From positions 1-64,000 of IMG/VR virus record IMGVR_UViG_3300001605_000008: DNA of 64,000 bases; one strand, 5' to 3'. The DNA comes from a virus. This document shows positions 27,655 through 36,246 of this stretch, piece by piece. Below the pieces are notes generated by a model that saw only the letters and a program-made list of their open reading frames with translations, ran no database searches and had not been told where the DNA came from. The translations under genes and the position numbers were made by a program. Positions within the stretch are counted from its first letter, which is position 1, and every line of letters begins with the position of its first letter.

Positions 27655-28155
27655 TTACCAGGCCTTGTTGTAGTCAACTACCTCGCAGTTTCGACTCACG
27701 TCCTTGACGAAATAAACACAGTCTGGATCTTCTTCGTCGCTCAACGGCACTGTCAACATCTGACCGTTCTTGAGTTTTGGGGCATACCAAGTAACTTCAT
27801 GATACACATCCACGATCTCAATATCCAGGAAACTGGGTCGAAAACTGGTCAAGGGATTGAACTGGAACACTTTGAATCCACGATCATTTATGGATGTCAA
27901 GGGCAACATCTCTAGGTCTCCGAGATCTGGTTCACCTATCAGCACCTGCCAGTCCATGGGCATTTTTATAGTATGTTCTCCTACCTGCAACACCAGAGCC
28001 GGTGCAGAAAAACTTTCCAGAAAGATCAAAGGAATGTAATGATAATCTGGATTACTGGGATCTGAATTATCAAATATCGCAAATCTCATGTCATCTACTT
28101 CTTCAGGCAGATGATTTAAGTCGTAGCCGATGTTGTCAAGTGTAAGTATTCTCAT
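27655..28155 (-). CDS. hypothetical beta-rich protein
   Basis: 166-aa ORF with its own near-consensus promoter. Confidence 0.7.
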   Translation of the reverse strand: MRILTLDNIGYDLNHLPEEVDDMRFAIFDNSDPSNPDYHYIPLIFLESFSAPALVLQVGEHTIKMPMDWQVLIGEPDLGDLEMLPLTSINDRGFKVFQFNPLTSFRPSFLDIEIVDVYHEVTWYAPKLKNGQMLTVPLSDEEDPDCVYFVKDVSRNCEVVDYNKAW

Positions 28156-28162
28156 GTGTGTT

Positions 28163-28190
28163 ATTATACAGATTTATTGTGTATTGTCAA
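28163..28190 (-). promoter_or_regulatory. sigma70 promoter (probably leaderless)
   Basis: TTGACA-N16-TATAAT; ATG 7 nt downstream. Confidence 0.8.
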
Positions 28191-28213
28191 CAAAAATACA
28201 TCGTTGACAGAGT

Positions 28214-29683
28214 TTATTTGATTGTCATCCATTCAAGTTTTTCTTGTGTAAAAGGATAGCGAGCTTCTTTGTAAAACTGTTTGCGTTTGGTGAGATGTCG
28301 TTTGGCGAACTTACAGGTAGAAGTCACGTCCCAGATCTGAACATGGTCTTTGTCTTCCGCTTTGCGTATCCCACGACCAATAGACTGAATGACTCTAACA
28401 AAACTTTTACCAGGCTCAACAAGCACCAGATTAAAAATACGGGGAATGTTAATACCAACGGCAGCAACGCCGTAAGTAGCGACAATGATCTTGTCTGTTG
28501 CCTCCGATACTTGGTCATAATGGTCCTGTCTTTCTGTGCCCTTGGTGGCACCTGAAACAAATACTGCGCGATCTCCCAGGCGTCGAACCAGCTCTTGACC
28601 AGCTGCTACCCGATCCACCAAGATCAAAGTGTTGCCGGTTTTGTTGACTTCTGTGATCAAGCCAGCGATAGTATCAAGTCTGCCGGATTCTTCCAGCAAG
28701 TATTTAAGCTCGCTTTGATAGTTTGTGTACTCCACGTGATCCACCAACTGCACGATGTTCACATGGCACTGAGCCAATACACCCCGATCCTGAAGTTCGG
28801 CAGCGGCCAAGCGATTTATTACCGGACCGATTGACACATGTAAGGCCTGGAATTCAAACTGCTCTTTTGGGATAGTACCAGTCAACCCCCACCGGATCGG
28901 CACTTGCGACATCACACCGGTGAGCAGGGTTTTCAACGCATCGGCTTTGGCCATATGTACCTCGTCTACAATCACGCATACCACGCCTTCTAGGAACTCG
29001 CCAATGGTGATGTCTGCAGTGTCATTCTTGGTGTTCTTCAACAGTACGTTCAGACTTTGCCAGGTACAGATGGTGTGTGTGCGACCAAACTCCTTTCGAT
29101 CACCAAAAAACACACCAACATCTAGTTCCATGTTGATGTAGTCTTTCTCGGTTTGTGTGACGAGACTCTTGTTGGGTACGATGATGATGCTACGACCATA
29201 AGGAGTGACAGCATGGCTCAGAGCCGCGGTCATGATGGTCTTGCCTGCGCCCGTGGCCACTTCTTGCAAGCACTGCGGATTGGTCAGGAAGTTATTGACT
29301 ATCTCTACCTGATAGTCGCGCATCATCACAGGTGAGCCTTCTTGAGGATGACCTTTGGGCCATATCACATGGGCAAACGTATCTTCTTTCACTGATTCAA
29401 ATTCAAAGGTAGTACGATACTCTCGTTGATCATCTAGCTCGATATCGTAGTTGTATTCTTCCAGTATGGGTATGATTTCCGGCAAGAGATTCACATAAGT
29501 GCTGCCTCCCAAGGCAAAGAATGATACCTTGCCGTCCCAGCGTCCCAGCCGAACTGCGGGGAGATACCTAGCATTGGGCACGTCGTATTTGAATTTTTTA
29601 ACCAAGGCACGTCGAGCATCAAGCTCTAGGCCGGATATTTTGATGTTGACTTCGTCAGTGATTGTAATTTTACAGATACTCAT
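28214..29683 (-). CDS. uvsW: UvsW-like superfamily 2 helicase
   Basis: MRDYQ, ATGAGKT, DEVH, LTGT, QSIGRGIR. Confidence 0.92.
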   Translation of the reverse strand: MSICKITITDEVNIKISGLELDARRALVKKFKYDVPNARYLPAVRLGRWDGKVSFFALGGSTYVNLLPEIIPILEEYNYDIELDDQREYRTTFEFESVKEDTFAHVIWPKGHPQEGSPVMMRDYQVEIVNNFLTNPQCLQEVATGAGKTIMTAALSHAVTPYGRSIIIVPNKSLVTQTEKDYINMELDVGVFFGDRKEFGRTHTICTWQSLNVLLKNTKNDTADITIGEFLEGVVCVIVDEVHMAKADALKTLLTGVMSQVPIRWGLTGTIPKEQFEFQALHVSIGPVINRLAAAELQDRGVLAQCHVNIVQLVDHVEYTNYQSELKYLLEESGRLDTIAGLITEVNKTGNTLILVDRVAAGQELVRRLGDRAVFVSGATKGTERQDHYDQVSEATDKIIVATYGVAAVGINIPRIFNLVLVEPGKSFVRVIQSIGRGIRKAEDKDHVQIWDVTSTCKFAKRHLTKRKQFYKEARYPFTQEKLEWMTIK

Positions 29684-29689
29684 TGCGTT

Positions 29690-29718
29690 ATTGTATATTG
29701 TTTTGTGAAATTTTGCAA
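29690..29718 (-). promoter_or_regulatory. sigma70 promoter of uvsW (probably leaderless)
   Basis: TTGCAA-N17-TACAAT; ATG 6 nt downstream. Confidence 0.65.
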
Positions 29719-29779
29719 CTATATTTTAATTATCGGCCGAATTGCAAATGAGTTATCCATGATCATCATTGTAGTGTTA

Positions 29780-30583
29780 CTACAATGAAATTCTTATCGG
29801 GTCCACGTTGTTTTTTAATTGGTCTTTTAACAATTCAATCTGGGTTGTTTTTCCAAATACACTGGCACCAAAAATATTCTCCGTGGTCCACTGTGGTATG
29901 CCCAAATGATTCGCCCAGTCTGCATGATACTTTTCCCACCAAGACTCAAACGCATCGCGTTCTATGCCCTGTAACCTGTCTGTATCTTCAAGTGCAATGT
30001 AAATTTTCGGGCAAAATTTTATCCAAGGTTTGATCAATTCGCACATTCTTGTTAGATCGTCAGGCTCCCGATTTTTCCAATACCTATAAGGACTTTTACC
30101 CAATTCAGACCACTCCACATATATATCACCGGCAGAGACTGTTGTTTGGGTGCCAACCAGCCATTCTGAGGACATAGGCCTTTCTAATGGTCCGGCTTTT
30201 TCCCGATAATCTATACAAACAAAATTTTTATGCGGGTCATGATATCTTTCGCACATATGAAGATGCTCATGAAAATCTAACCAGCCTGGATCGCCATTGT
30301 AATTTTTTTCGTAGATGTTGTGTATGTGATTGAAATATTCTTGATCTTGGGTTAGGCATTTCAGTTGATCGATGTCAATTGATACTTTCCGTGCATAGTC
30401 TACTAGATTCTCTACCATTTCAGAGTAGGTAAATTTTTCTTTATAGAAAGGATTGTCCCAAGGTCTCCATGGTATCGGCAATCGGGAAAGATGCTTGTAG
30501 ATTTGACGATACATGGTTCCAAAAAGACAGTTATCATCTATTGTCAAATCTACAGTTTGCTGGTCCGAAAATATCAATTTCAT
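29780..30583 (-). CDS. hypothetical protein
   Basis: 267-aa ORF; TTGATT-N17-TATAAT promoter at 30589..30617. Confidence 0.7.
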   Translation of the reverse strand: MKLIFSDQQTVDLTIDDNCLFGTMYRQIYKHLSRLPIPWRPWDNPFYKEKFTYSEMVENLVDYARKVSIDIDQLKCLTQDQEYFNHIHNIYEKNYNGDPGWLDFHEHLHMCERYHDPHKNFVCIDYREKAGPLERPMSSEWLVGTQTTVSAGDIYVEWSELGKSPYRYWKNREPDDLTRMCELIKPWIKFCPKIYIALEDTDRLQGIERDAFESWWEKYHADWANHLGIPQWTTENIFGASVFGKTTQIELLKDQLKNNVDPIRISL

Positions 30584-30615
30584 TGTGCATTATATAATCC
30601 TCATCTAACAAAATC

Positions 30616-30647
30616 AAAAAAAACCGGTGCCATTATGGGGCACCGGT
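30616..30647 (-). terminator. intrinsic terminator after the AAA gene
   Basis: ACCGGTGCC-N7-GGCACCGGT stem followed by a U-run on the minus strand. Confidence 0.8.
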
Positions 30648-30708
30648 GTTAAAACAGATCGCCTAGGAGCTAGACTTTGTGACGATCTGGTACTGCTCTA
30701 AAATTTAT

Positions 30709-31728
30709 CTATCCGTGCTTCATGCAGGTGGATTCTGCAAGAGCTTGCCAATTGGGCGAAATCTTGGTCAAGTCTGCCAGCTTGAGCGCCATGCGCAAGC
30801 TGATCTCACGGAGTTTGGCATGATTGTTTTGCATGAACTGAACGATCTCCTCGCCTTGCTCGGGAGTGAAATCATAGTCTTGGAACAGGTCACCTTTGCG
30901 GAAGATCTGTCGGATGCGCAGGATCTTGTCGCGTGTAGTGTTGAGAGTAAGATCCAGGAAGTGGCATCGACTTTGCAAAGCCTCCAAGTGGTCCTGGAGC
31001 TTCTTTGATTTGAGGTGATCAAACTTCAAGTTGGTGATGAAGATCACCGAGCCTTTGAAGTCGAACTGATCTGGCACGCCTTCACGACGCAACATAGCTG
31101 AATCTGAGTTCCAGTGGATGCGGCGCTTCTTGCCCGAATCCAGCGCGGCTTTGAGGATGTTCAAGGCCACATCGTCCAAGAGGATCGAATCACAGTCGTC
31201 AAACACCAGCACGTTCTTGGGGTCAGAGTGTTTATAAAGTGTGCAATAAAGTCCAATGGGAGTCATGGCACCTTTGATCACTTCATACTTGATCTTGCGA
31301 CCAGAGATCTGATCGAACATGCCGGCTTTTTCCAGCTGGTACTCAACACCGTAGGATTTGCCCACGCCCGGAGGACCAACCACAATCATGGCCCGGATGT
31401 CACCAGTGATGGCTGCTTTGGTCATATCGTCCAGGATGTTGAATCGTTTTTCAATACGATCCATGACCTCTTCATCGGTTTCTTCAGGCTTTTTAAATTC
31501 TACCACACGATCTTGACTGGGCACTGGACGGTCTCCTGTAAATTCGATGTCTTCGATTGAGCTCACCCGGATGCGGATATTGTTGGCATATCCGGGAAAT
31601 GCTCCGTTGTTGGCTACTACAACATTGCCACCTTTGGCGTCGGTCTGGAAATCGCGCACCAGCGTGAACTGCTGACCTGATACATCTTGTTTGCGATACG
31701 ATCCGTTGCGTATGAATACTTGTGTCAT
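30709..31728 (-). CDS. AAA-type P-loop ATPase
   Basis: Walker A GPPGVGKS, Walker B LVFDDCD, IFITN, ALQSR. Confidence 0.85.
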   Translation of the reverse strand: MTQVFIRNGSYRKQDVSGQQFTLVRDFQTDAKGGNVVVANNGAFPGYANNIRIRVSSIEDIEFTGDRPVPSQDRVVEFKKPEETDEEVMDRIEKRFNILDDMTKAAITGDIRAMIVVGPPGVGKSYGVEYQLEKAGMFDQISGRKIKYEVIKGAMTPIGLYCTLYKHSDPKNVLVFDDCDSILLDDVALNILKAALDSGKKRRIHWNSDSAMLRREGVPDQFDFKGSVIFITNLKFDHLKSKKLQDHLEALQSRCHFLDLTLNTTRDKILRIRQIFRKGDLFQDYDFTPEQGEEIVQFMQNNHAKLREISLRMALKLADLTKISPNWQALAESTCMKHG

Positions 31729-31761
31729 TTGCTAGGCTCCTATATGTGTTATTGTTCTATT

Positions 31762-31790
31762 ATTATACGAAAATGAGATTTTATGGTCAA
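31762..31790 (-). promoter_or_regulatory. sigma70-type early promoter (same cassette as 1088..1116)
   Basis: TTGACC-N17-TATAAT; CAGCGGTTGACCATAAAATC matches the 1.1-kb copy. Confidence 0.85.
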
Positions 31791-31808
31791 CCGCTGTCAA
31801 ACCGCTAA

Positions 31809-31824
31809 GTTAGTAGGCACTAAC
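31809..31824. promoter_or_regulatory. palindromic putative operator
   Basis: Perfect GTTAGT-AGGC-ACTAAC. Confidence 0.6.
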
Positions 31825-31908
31825 CAATGCCCATGGACCCGGATTTAGGATTTATGCTGACGCTACCCTGGGCAAGACCGGGGGCGGAGTAACCATGCTA
31901 TAGACTGC

Positions 31909-31937
31909 ATTTTAGGTGAACAAGATTTATTGGTCAA
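31909..31937 (-). promoter_or_regulatory. sigma70 promoter with no large ORF directly downstream
   Basis: TTGACC-N17-TAAAAT. Confidence 0.65.
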
Positions 31938-31941
31938 TCAC

Positions 31942-31969
31942 AAAAAACCCTGCTCTGAGCAGGGTTTTT
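31942..31969. terminator. intrinsic terminator
   Basis: A6-CCCTGCT-CTG-AGCAGGG-T5. Confidence 0.85.
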
Positions 31970-31986
31970 GGAATCATAATAACGCA

Positions 31987-32484
31987 TCACTCAGTGGGCG
32001 GTGGAGGAATCAAACTGGGTGCGACACTGACTGTGCAGGTAAACGTAGATCCGGGCATGATCGTCCACCACCATTGTCCGCTCAATGATGGGTCCTCATT
32101 ACGACTTACCGAGATACCATCAATCTGCTCGTCTGAAAATGGGTCCGAAATCAAAGTTTCGCCATCTTGATACGAATAAAACCCCATAAAATCTCCCGCA
32201 AATTCTGGTGCATCTGTTGGATAATTAGCAACAGTATTGGCCAACAGCAAAGGACTTCCCGATACTGAGATTTCCAAGGCCATAGTCCCAGAAAAAGCAG
32301 TGTCTTTTTCCCAGGTAAATGCTTCATTGGCGACACTAAAGGCCGGGTTCGGCAACACTGGCAACGGGGCGTTTTCCGTTACCACCGGTCCTGAAAATAT
32401 TTCCTGGCCGTCTAATTTAACAGTTATGTTGGTGGTTGCAGCACCAAATCCCTGAGCATGTTGTCGAAAAGTTCGCGTAGTCAT
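31987..32484 (-). CDS. putative late/virion protein
   Basis: 165 aa beta-rich; AGGAG SD; ATAAATA at 32504-32510. Confidence 0.6.
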   Translation of the reverse strand: MTTRTFRQHAQGFGAATTNITVKLDGQEIFSGPVVTENAPLPVLPNPAFSVANEAFTWEKDTAFSGTMALEISVSGSPLLLANTVANYPTDAPEFAGDFMGFYSYQDGETLISDPFSDEQIDGISVSRNEDPSLSGQWWWTIMPGSTFTCTVSVAPSLIPPPPTE

Positions 32485-32518
32485 TACAATCTCCTGTTGC
32501 TGTTATTTATCACCGTGA

Positions 32519-33238
32519 TCAGATCCAGTTGGTCTTGACTATGTTATCGTTGACTTCATGTGGATTTGGCGTGCCATGAAACACTATTATTTTAGTGCTG
32601 GAATCGATCACCGGAGCAGAGTTGGGATTTTTAACCCGTCTTTTGTTGAAATCCCAACCACCACCGGCGATCTGCCAACGCCAGCTCTTGACAAGATCTG
32701 CGTCAATGAATCTCAAGTGACTTTGGGGCAATACCGCGCTGAGATAGTTCTGATCGCCTTTGTATCTCCGGGTTATGGCGGGTCTATCCAGCTGATCAAA
32801 ATCTTCCCAGATCCAGTAATATTTTGCCGGATCCCATATCATGACACTGGAGTTAATGGTCTGGATGTTGCCCCGATAAAGATACTGGAAATCCCGTATG
32901 CTCCAGAAATATTGGGGATCAAGCTGCCATACCCAGTCAAGATCACCCACGATCACCAGATCGAGATCTAGATACAACATCCGATTAGAAAATCTTCGTA
33001 GATCAAATAGCTGCATTTTGTACCACCAGGCCAAATTGGGACCGGAAATATCCGGCCAATGCGTCAATGTATGTTTGATCATGTGTGCAGGTACCGCCCG
33101 ATGCTCTTCTGTCATCACATGAAATCTCACGGGTGCAGAACTATGCCTGGTTACCATTGAATACAATTTTTCCACATACTCCCAGGGATACTTGTTGCCA
33201 TGTGTCAAGCAAACGACGTCTCGGATATTTTCACTCAT
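32519..33238 (-). CDS. GT-A fold glycosyltransferase
   Basis: WWYKMQLF, LYLDLDLVIV (DxD), NSSVM, GDQ, FHG-x-P-x-PHE. Confidence 0.8.
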   Translation of the reverse strand: MSENIRDVVCLTHGNKYPWEYVEKLYSMVTRHSSAPVRFHVMTEEHRAVPAHMIKHTLTHWPDISGPNLAWWYKMQLFDLRRFSNRMLYLDLDLVIVGDLDWVWQLDPQYFWSIRDFQYLYRGNIQTINSSVMIWDPAKYYWIWEDFDQLDRPAITRRYKGDQNYLSAVLPQSHLRFIDADLVKSWRWQIAGGGWDFNKRRVKNPNSAPVIDSSTKIIVFHGTPNPHEVNDNIVKTNWI

Positions 33239-33243
33239 GAAGA

Positions 33244-33271
33244 TATTTACCGTAATATACATAGATAAATA
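33244..33271. promoter_or_regulatory. back-to-back T4-type late promoters
   Basis: TAAATA on the minus strand (33244-33249) and ATAAATA on the plus strand (33265-33271), each 5 nt from an ATG. Confidence 0.65.
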
Positions 33272-33276
33272 TTTCC

Positions 33277-34047
33277 ATGCACACCATCGTGATTGTGACC
33301 GGAGGGTTTGATCCCTTGCACTCCGGACATATAAAATATCTCTCTGCCGCACAGAAACTGGGTGATCGTTTGATCGTGGGAGTGAATTCTGATCCTTGGC
33401 TCACCCGCAAAAAAGGGCGTGCATTCATGCCCTGGAGCGAACGTGCAGATATTATCGGCAATCTTCGCATGGTAGATTCAGTGATAGAATTTGACGACTG
33501 GGATGATTCAGCCCGGCACGCCATAAGAACAGTGCGCAATCAATATCCAGGAGCGCATATCATCTTTGCCAATGGCGGAGATCGCACAGATAAGAATATT
33601 CCGGAAATGGATATTGATGATGACCTACTAGAATTCCGGTTCGGTGTGGGCGGTACCGACAAGGCCAATTCCAGTTCCTGGATCTTGGAGGAGTGGAAGT
33701 CGCCAAAGACTCATCGCGATTGGGGGCATTATCGAGTTCTATACGAACATGATACGAGTACCAAGGTCAAAGAGCTCGTTGTCGATCCCGGACAACAGCT
33801 CAGCATGCAACGACATCAGCATCGCCAGGAATTGTGGTTTGTTGCCAAAGGGACCGCCACAGTGTTTACCCTGGATGCAAACGGTCAGAACATTTTTCAA
33901 GCCGAAGTGACTGAGCATCAGAATATCATGATTTTCCGGAATTGCTGGCACCAGCTGGCCAACCTCACAGATCAACCGTTGAAGATCGTAGAAATACAGT
34001 ATGGTGATCAGTGCCGAGAAGATGACATTGAGAGAATGAAAAAATAA
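33277..34047 (+). CDS. cytidylyltransferase-like (HIGH) domain fused to a mannose-6-P isomerase-type cupin
   Basis: GGFDPLHSGH, GVNSD, FANGGDR; C-terminal RDWGHYRVL...LSMQRHQHRQE.W...EIQYG. Confidence 0.85.
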   Translation: MHTIVIVTGGFDPLHSGHIKYLSAAQKLGDRLIVGVNSDPWLTRKKGRAFMPWSERADIIGNLRMVDSVIEFDDWDDSARHAIRTVRNQYPGAHIIFANGGDRTDKNIPEMDIDDDLLEFRFGVGGTDKANSSSWILEEWKSPKTHRDWGHYRVLYEHDTSTKVKELVVDPGQQLSMQRHQHRQELWFVAKGTATVFTLDANGQNIFQAEVTEHQNIMIFRNCWHQLANLTDQPLKIVEIQYGDQCREDDIERMKK

Positions 34048-34670
34048 TGTTGCTACAAGAATACCTACTACGTTCTGCACTAAAAGAGCACAGTATTGAT
34101 TGCGACATCCAATTAGATCATAAAAATGGATGGAACTTTGTGGCCGGCCATCAATTTGGTATCAAATATCCACGATCCTATGTGGATCAAATACAACTAT
34201 TAAATCATAAAAAGATCTATGATTATTGTTTCATTGGATCGTGGACTGATAACAAGGGAAGAAAAGAGATATTAGAAAAATACCAAGTATTGAATTCTAA
34301 AATGCATCATTCCAGTAATGGAAGAGACCCCAAGAAAAAATATCAATTTGATAAAGAATATTATCAGATCATGTGCAACTCAAATTTTGGATTGTGTCCT
34401 GGGCATCCAGCCATGCCCAAGCATCCCAATCGCTGGACTTACAGGTTTATTGAAAGTGCTTTTTGTCATGCCATACCAGTAATGTTTGAAGAAACCATAT
34501 ACGGAACTGATTTTGTCAAGGATATCTTTTACGTGTGGGACCGCGACTTGCCGGGGATTGTTTTGCCCAATCACGATGCGCTGGCAAACACGAATTATCT
34601 CAAAGCCGTAGAATACTGGACCTTCCAACCAGACGAGATCGAGATGATACGCAATTCATTGAATTCATAA
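34047..34670 (+). CDS. exostosin/GT47-like protein
   Basis: MCNSNFGLCPG...WTYRFIESAFCHAIPV. Confidence 0.6.
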   Translation: MLLQEYLLRSALKEHSIDCDIQLDHKNGWNFVAGHQFGIKYPRSYVDQIQLLNHKKIYDYCFIGSWTDNKGRKEILEKYQVLNSKMHHSSNGRDPKKKYQFDKEYYQIMCNSNFGLCPGHPAMPKHPNRWTYRFIESAFCHAIPVMFEETIYGTDFVKDIFYVWDRDLPGIVLPNHDALANTNYLKAVEYWTFQPDEIEMIRNSLNS

Positions 34671-35387
34671 TGAAAAAAATCCTAAAGGTATTTTGGTTCC
34701 GTAGACCTAGACCGGGAAATTTTGGCGATATACTCACTCCCTTGATATTGTCGCACTATGGATATACTGTAGAACATGCTATGGCCGAGGAAGCAGACTA
34801 CATGATGGTGGGTAGCATAGCCAAGATGGCCACAGCAAGACACACAGTGCTTGGATCTGGAGCAATGACTGCTACCCCTGTGTTGTGTGCCCAAACCAAA
34901 TGGAGATGGGTGCGTGGGCCGCGTACACGAGCAGCGGTGATAAAAAATGGTGGCACATGTCCAGAAGTGTATGGGGATCCGGCGATGTTGTTGCCTAGGA
35001 TAGTTTCAGCTGCCAAAGAAAAAAATACACAAGATAGGAATAGTACCGCATTATGTTGATTATCCCGAAGTACGAGATCGTTATCCAACATTGCCAGTGA
35101 TAAATCTATTGGATGCTGACCCTGCCAATGTGATCGGCCAGATCACTCAGTGCGAAAAAATAATATCCAGCAGTCTGCACGGTATCATCGCGGCGCATGC
35201 ATATGGAATACCAGCGGCCTGGGTAAAATTCAGCGATAAATTAGCAGGAGATGATACCAAATTCCATGATCATTATGAATCTCTAGGACTGCTGGCAAAA
35301 CTTAGTTGCATCGATGATCCACGGTTTGTTTCAGCAGAGTTTGATAACTCTCACATACACAATATTCTAGAACAAGGTGATTTCTAA
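34670..35387 (+). CDS. polysaccharide pyruvyl transferase family protein (+1 frameshift in the A7 run at 35019-35025)
   Basis: NFGDIL, VGSI, GSG, VRGPRT, YGDPAMLLP; after removing one A it reads KIGIVPHYVD...ISSSLHGIIAAHAYGIPA. Confidence 0.75.
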
Positions 35388-35388
35388 G

Positions 35389-36246
35389 ATGCCCAACGTC
35401 ATGGCAAAAATGCAATTTCCCGCTGACAGCGAATCGCACAAGTACAATCTCATACATTTTAGATTTTTCTTGCAGTATGCCAAGATCGCCGGGGTAGAGG
35501 TTGAACTAGCACCAACCAGTAAAAATGTATATATTCCCCAGGATCAATTAGTGTTTTCTTGCATGATCAACGATCAGCAGGTCATAGTCGATTATGCTGA
35601 TCATAGTTCCAGGTCCTGGAAAAAATATTATCCCGATGTTCCTTATTTTAAGTTTCAGACCCAAATCAAAGATGTTGGTGATCATATCCCTTTGGGACCT
35701 CCCATGGTGGGAGTCAAACGGATAGGTACCAAGGGCGCTACCATGCGCGAATATAATCATGTAAAATATCACTACGATTATCGCCCTGGCACACAGATAT
35801 TGTGTAAACAGTTGCCCAATGGTGCAGCTCTGGAACGACGCAATCAGGTACATACACTATTGAGAAAAGCCTTTCCTGCCAGTGATATTTCAGCAGATTG
35901 TGATCAGATGGATTTTTGGAAAATGCACGAAACATGTCTGGCTGCGGTTTGTGTACCTGGTGCCACCAACAACATGGTGGATCGCGGACACATCGAGCTC
36001 ATGGGGCTGGGGGTGTGCACCGTGAGTCCCAGACTGGATACAGTGTTTCCGCATCATCAGCAGCTGGTGCCTGGGAAGCACTACATAAAATGCCAGGATG
36101 ACTATAGTGATCTCCTGGAAATATTAACAGAATTGCAAAAATTTCCAGAACGTTGCAAAGAAGTAGGCAACAATGCCCGCCAGTTCTACGATGAATATTA
36201 TTCTCCACAGAAATACTGGAACTGGATCCTGGAGAATTTATCATGA
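35389..36246 (+). CDS. glycosyltransferase-like protein (GT90/YkvP-like)
   Basis: CVPGATNNMVDRGHIELMGLG...PGKHYI...VGNNARQFYDEYYSP. Confidence 0.55.
   Translation: MPNVMAKMQFPADSESHKYNLIHFRFFLQYAKIAGVEVELAPTSKNVYIPQDQLVFSCMINDQQVIVDYADHSSRSWKKYYPDVPYFKFQTQIKDVGDHIPLGPPMVGVKRIGTKGATMREYNHVKYHYDYRPGTQILCKQLPNGAALERRNQVHTLLRKAFPASDISADCDQMDFWKMHETCLAAVCVPGATNNMVDRGHIELMGLGVCTVSPRLDTVFPHHQQLVPGKHYIKCQDDYSDLLEILTELQKFPERCKEVGNNARQFYDEYYSPQKYWNWILENLS

Noticed and set aside
31826-31902. tRNA or a known self-cleaving ribozyme
   Set aside because: No T-loop/D-loop cloverleaf and no hammerhead, twister or HDV core recognised; kept only as an unclassified candidate.
33739-34080. Minus-strand ORFs within the glycan island
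   Set aside because: The plus-strand frames carry the family motifs and start-stop coupling.
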